This document shows, in pieces, positions 60,201 to 64,000 of a stretch of 64,000 nucleotides of DNA; position 1 is the stretch's first letter, and each line of letters starts with the position of its first letter. The position numbers were made by a program, and so were the translations under genes. The stretch is from NCBI RefSeq assembly GCF_964204645.1, contig NC_134026.1:31458250-31522249 (forward strand). Direction: 5' to 3'. This stretch comes from Tubulanus polymorphus (taxonomy: Eukaryota; Animalia; Nemertea). The notes under the pieces were generated by a model. That model was given only the letters and a program-made list of their open reading frames with translations. It ran no database searches and was not told where the DNA came from.

Positions 60201-63200
60201 CAGGTGTATGGATTGGTGGGTGGGCTGGTAGACGGTCGGCAGTAAGGCAGACAGATCAATGGGTGGGTCGGCAGTAAGCGGGCAGGGCGGATATTGTATA
60301 AAAGGTTTGTATGTGTGAAACTTTCAACTGCTGAATTTTGTTCAATGTTTAAAAGTTGATCTTCTCGAAGTTTTATCCGTATAAAAAAACCAATCTCAAG
60401 ATGACAATCTCTTGATATCTCAAGATGACAATCTCTTGATATCTCAAGATGACAATCTCTTGATATCTTGGGAAAACAATCTCAATAATATCTCAAGACA
60501 CCAATGATATCTCAAGATGGCAATCTCATTGTTCACCGTAACTGAGTTGATATATCAATTATCTTACGAAACTATAGTTGATCTTGTTGATAAATGATAA
60601 TCTGATCGGATATCTCGAATCACAATCTCAGATTATTATAGATGGTACGATGATAAAACTTTGATATCAAACTGCTACGAGTAGTTTCTATATTTAGTTT
60701 CAGACCAAAGGAAAAGTTGCAATAAAATGTTCGAATTTCACAAAACAGTGACAGAAAATTTATAATTCAATTTGAAGTAAAATCTAAAAGTTAAAAACTG
60801 TTTGTGAAAATCGAGCCAATCAGTATTTTATCATTAATGTTATGCACATTATTTTATATTTCATGATATTTTACGTTGTCCATCCTTCAACTGAATTTCA
60901 ATATAAAATCAGATGTGTTCTATTTTCTGCAGCCTGTAGTATATAACACTGTTATCTCTGGGTGTGGCAGTTGCTTCCTTTATAATTAACTTATTCAAAT
61001 TGCACCATAGTCTCATTTCATCATAGCTGTACTGCTGCAGCACCTGCTGCGGCAGTCGCTGCTGCTGATGCTGGTGGTAGCTGCTGCGGCTGGTGGCACT
61101 TGCAGCTGCTGATGCTAGCACCTGTTGTTGCTGCTGCTGATGCTGGTGGTAGCTGCTGCGGCTGGTGGCACTTGCTGCTGCTAGCACGTGCTTCTGCTGG
61201 CACCTGCAGATGCTGCACCTGCCGATGCTGCAGCTGCTGGCTCCTGCTGACACTGCACCTGCTGACGCTGCAGCTACTGGCACCTGCTGACGCTGCACCT
61301 ACCGACGCTGCAGCTGCCGGAACTTGCTGATTGATGCTGCACCTGCCGACGCTGCAGCTGCTGGAACCTGCTGACGCTGCACCTGCCGATGCTGCAGCTA
61401 CTGGCACCTGCTGACGCTGCACCTACCGACGCTGCAGCTGCCGGAACCTGCTGATTGATGCTGCACCTGCCGACGCTGCAGCTGCTGGAACCTGACGCTG
61501 CACCTGCCGATGCTGCAGCTGCTGGCACCTGCTGGATCTTGCTTTTATCTGTCAAAATATTATAAAATATGTCGAGATCTCATTGTGTTATTGATATATC
61601 GATTGATTGTGTTTATAGCGGAGAGGAGTTCAAAGTATGTCCAGGGAAGACTGGCAGTTGTTATTGTTATTTCGGTGTTTATGGAAGCACATTTCACAGA
61701 AATACTGAATACGTCATCAATATCACAGGCAACAATTTCGCTCCTGATTCGACCAATTCAACTATTTTAACGTTTGTTTCATCAGCTGAACTGGGTAAGT
61801 ACTGATAGTGATAAGAGTATAGTTAGAGACTAGAGTAAAGTAAAGACTACTAGGTCTGGTTTTTAGCCCACTCAGGACTTAATCCCTGCGGGCTATTGCG
61901 TTCACTTTTCGTCCGTCGTCCGACCACTTGTGACGGATAAATCTAGCCAGCCAATCAGAAAACCTAACCCTAGGTCACATGACCACTTTCGTTGTTTATT
62001 TACAGTTAAACCGAAGAAAGTGCAGGAATTAAAAACAACTGAAGTTGGAGCTGATTTTATGAATATATCATTCATTCATCCGAAGGAATTAGAACCAGCT
62101 TTAATTCGTTTAAAATACGAGATTATCGTTACATTCGTTCATCCTGAACTCTATCCAAATCTCAATCAGGTAAACATTCTATCAAATCTCGATCGGGTAA
62201 ACATTCTATCAAATCTCGATCGGGTAAACATTCCATCAAATCTCGATCGGGTAAACATTCCATCCAATCTCGATCGGGTAAACATTCTATCAAATCTCGA
62301 TCGGGTAAACGTTCTATCAAATCTCGATCGGGTAAACGTTCTATCAAATCTCGATCGGGTAAACATTCTATCAAATCTCGATCGGGTAAAAATTGTATCA
62401 AATCTCGATCGGGTGAACGTTCTATCAAATCTCGATCGGGTAAACATTCTATCAAATCAGTCTTCATTTCTATTTTCTAATTGAATGAACTGTGTACTGT
62501 AATAATGAGATGATTTTCTCACTGTATCTCATTCAGTCTCGGACTATAGTAATGGTACCTGATGAAGTGCGAGGTACAGATCGTATACCACCATTCTCAC
62601 TGCGTATTACTCGACTCCAACCAGCAGCTGAATATCTGATAGGGGTTCGCAGTCTACCGTATGAAAAGGGTAAACTGTGGAGTGAGACTTCTACATTAAT
62701 GGTTACAATGAATGAAAGCAGTAAGTATAACGAGGGGGGAGAGGATCAGTATCAGACCCATTATTGCACCGAGGGGGAGAGGATCAGTATCAGACCCATT
62801 ATCGCACGAGGGGGGAGAGGATCAGTATCAGACCCATTATCGCACCGAGGGGGAGAGGATCAGTATCAGACCCATTATTGCACCGAGGGGGAGAGGATCA
62901 GTATCAGACCCATTATCGCACGAGGGGGGAGAGGATCAGTATCAGACCCATTATCGCACCGAGGGGGAGAGGATCAGTATCAGACCCATTATTGCACCGA
63001 GGGGGAGAGGATCAGTATCAGACCCATTATCGCACCGAGGGGGGAGACAATCAGTATCAGACCTATTATCGCACCGAGGGGGGAGAGGATCAGTATCAGA
63101 CCTATTATCGCACCGAGGGGGGAGAGGATCAGTATCAGACCCATTATTGCACCGAGGGGGAGAGGATCAGTATCAGACCTATTATCGCACCGAGGGGGAG

Positions 63201-63981
63201 AGGATCAGTATCAGACCTATTATCGCACGGAGGTTGACGATACCCCCATCACTACATTACAATAATCAATTGGAAGCTCAACCAAGGGCGCGCTCAGAAT
63301 TAATTTTTTAAAAACTTGTAATTAATTTTTCTGAATGTTTATTTCAGTCCCATTGAGAGGACCAGTTACTACTGCCAGTAGTTATAGATCTTATAAATGT
63401 CAACAAGGCTCGTGTCGTAAAGTACGAATCTATTACAAAGTAAGTTTAAAATAATGTAACAATGGAAAACAGTTATTCATTGACGTCTGTGATCGGTAAC
63501 TATCAGTTAAACCAGGGTTGAAATTAAAACATCTAAACCTGGTTCTTGTTCTTACTGGGCACAATCATGACTTAAAGTGGTCCCTTATCTTTAGACTGGT
63601 CTCAAGTTGTTAGATCGGCTAAAGAACTAATGGTCTAAGACTGGTTTTAAATCTAAGCCATCACTGTAAAACTGAATCCAAGTCTTTGTGTTTCAGATAA
63701 ATAAATAAATTGTGATATTCTTTTACAGAAAATACCTCCTCAATTTGCTAATGGTGCAATAATAGAATTGAAGGCTGATTATGGATTCACCGATTCTGAT
63801 GAATTATCGTTTACCAGTTCACACTGCGGTATACAAGGAGAACACATGTTCTGTGAATTTGAATCGGTAGAATTGGACCAGAGTTATAACGTGATGATCA
63901 GTGCTGAGACTTCGGTCGGATACAATAAACCACCAAAGAAACGTGATTACTTCATTATTCCTAAATATAATGATCCTGCAG
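50991..63981 (+). CDS. Type I cytokine receptor B, Domeless/gp130-like, 5' part (continues beyond the window)
   Basis: Exons 50991-51075 (signal peptide MVLYIWIQVALLIFIQSRPVYA), 51195-51506 (Ig-like), 52779-52944 (SSNWASMNVSW), 61619-61794, 62006-62169, 62537-62720 (LQPAAEYLIGVRSLPYEKGKLWSETS, WSxWS-like), 63348-63439, 63729-63981. Phases are consistent and it aligns by eye to receptor A. Confidence 0.75.
51512..52750. repeat. Intronic 32-bp minisatellite (gagacacatacactggtatgtgactcttacct), ~38 copies
   Basis: Fills almost the whole intron 51507-52778; each unit has a cacatac/gtatgtg hairpin. Confidence 0.92.
53159..53819. mobile_element. MITE containing an internal 47-bp tandem array
   Basis: TIRs gcccagttgcaaagtcatg / caatgactgtgcaactgacc enclose ~12 copies of ttagattggttatagaaccaaaatgagcttagactggtcttaagttg. 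A short related copy lies at ~63555-63680. Confidence 0.65.
54480..54860. repeat. Degenerate minisatellite (ttaactgattgtctgattgtgtgaac)
   Basis: Imperfect tandem copies. Confidence 0.7.
55315..55815. repeat. Cryptic triplet repeat (gctgctgctggtagctggtggtggta)
   Basis: Intronic GCT/GGT/AGCT mosaic. Confidence 0.8.
55912..56080. repeat. 50-bp tandem repeat, ~3.3 copies
   Basis: gagaatgaggaaacaacctctcctcattactctcctctactgataacagt repeated. Confidence 0.85.
57300..58886. repeat. 27-bp minisatellite (gtgactgcagatagggactactgcaga) with 14-bp sub-arrays, ~1.6 kb
   Basis: Produces the spurious (VTADRDYCR)n ORF. Confidence 0.92.
58972..59210. repeat. 20-bp minisatellite (ttacaggtcgggctaaccag)
   Basis: About 12 copies. 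Confidence 0.9.
59455..60033. repeat. 61-bp minisatellite, ~9.5 copies
   Basis: ctgaggcagtggcctc... recurs at 61-bp spacing. Confidence 0.9.
61025..61535. repeat. CTG-rich cryptic repeat (gctgcacctgccgatgctgcagct)
   Basis: Intronic; yields Ala/Gln/Ser-rich pseudo-ORFs. Confidence 0.8.
62150..62460 (+). repeat. 27-bp minisatellite whose unit spans the exon/intron junction of receptor B
   Basis: aatctcaatcag|gtaaacattctatca is followed by ~10 copies of aatctcgatcgg|gtaaacattctatca. Confidence 0.9.
62731..63232. repeat. Intronic ~38-bp minisatellite (cgagggggagaggatcagtatcagacccattatcgcac)
   Basis: About 13 copies starting 10 nt after donor 62721. Confidence 0.9.
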
Positions 63982-64000
63982 GTTAGTATTAATCCCTAAT

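Overview
Eukaryotic, AT-rich, intron-rich animal genomic DNA, most likely a bilaterian invertebrate (inferred from a Domeless/gp130-type receptor pair, an invertebrate-type dystrobrevin C-terminus and many CTCF-like motifs). I assembled seven spliced protein-coding genes by hand: dystrobrevin (+, ~757-17000); a secreted Gln/Met/Pro-repeat protein nested antisense in a dystrobrevin intron (-, 3366-7088); FGGY ribitol/ribulose kinase (-, 18153-21095); SLC35E1 (-, 34186-37148), head-to-head with fukutin (+, 37879-40534); and two divergent paralogous type I cytokine receptors (-, 41440-47075; +, 50991 to beyond the window). A 5'-truncated Penelope-like retroelement (RT plus GIY-YIG) with a 3' hammerhead ribozyme sits inside the nested gene. 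Main highlights: (1) a 69-bp x 23 tandem array of that same minimal hammerhead, in sense orientation in a dystrobrevin intron, each unit carrying a hairpin that could block the ribozyme; (2) dystrobrevin, FGGY, SLC35E1 and fukutin lie within 40 kb, i.e. several steps of the ribitol-phosphate/dystroglycan axis; (3) the nested secreted repeat protein; (4) the receptor pair, one of which lacks a YxxQ STAT-docking motif; (5) intron-specific minisatellites that begin at or next to 5' splice sites. Most ORFs in the supplied track are artefacts of tandem repeats. All exon boundaries were read manually from GT-AG sites and frame continuity, with no database search.
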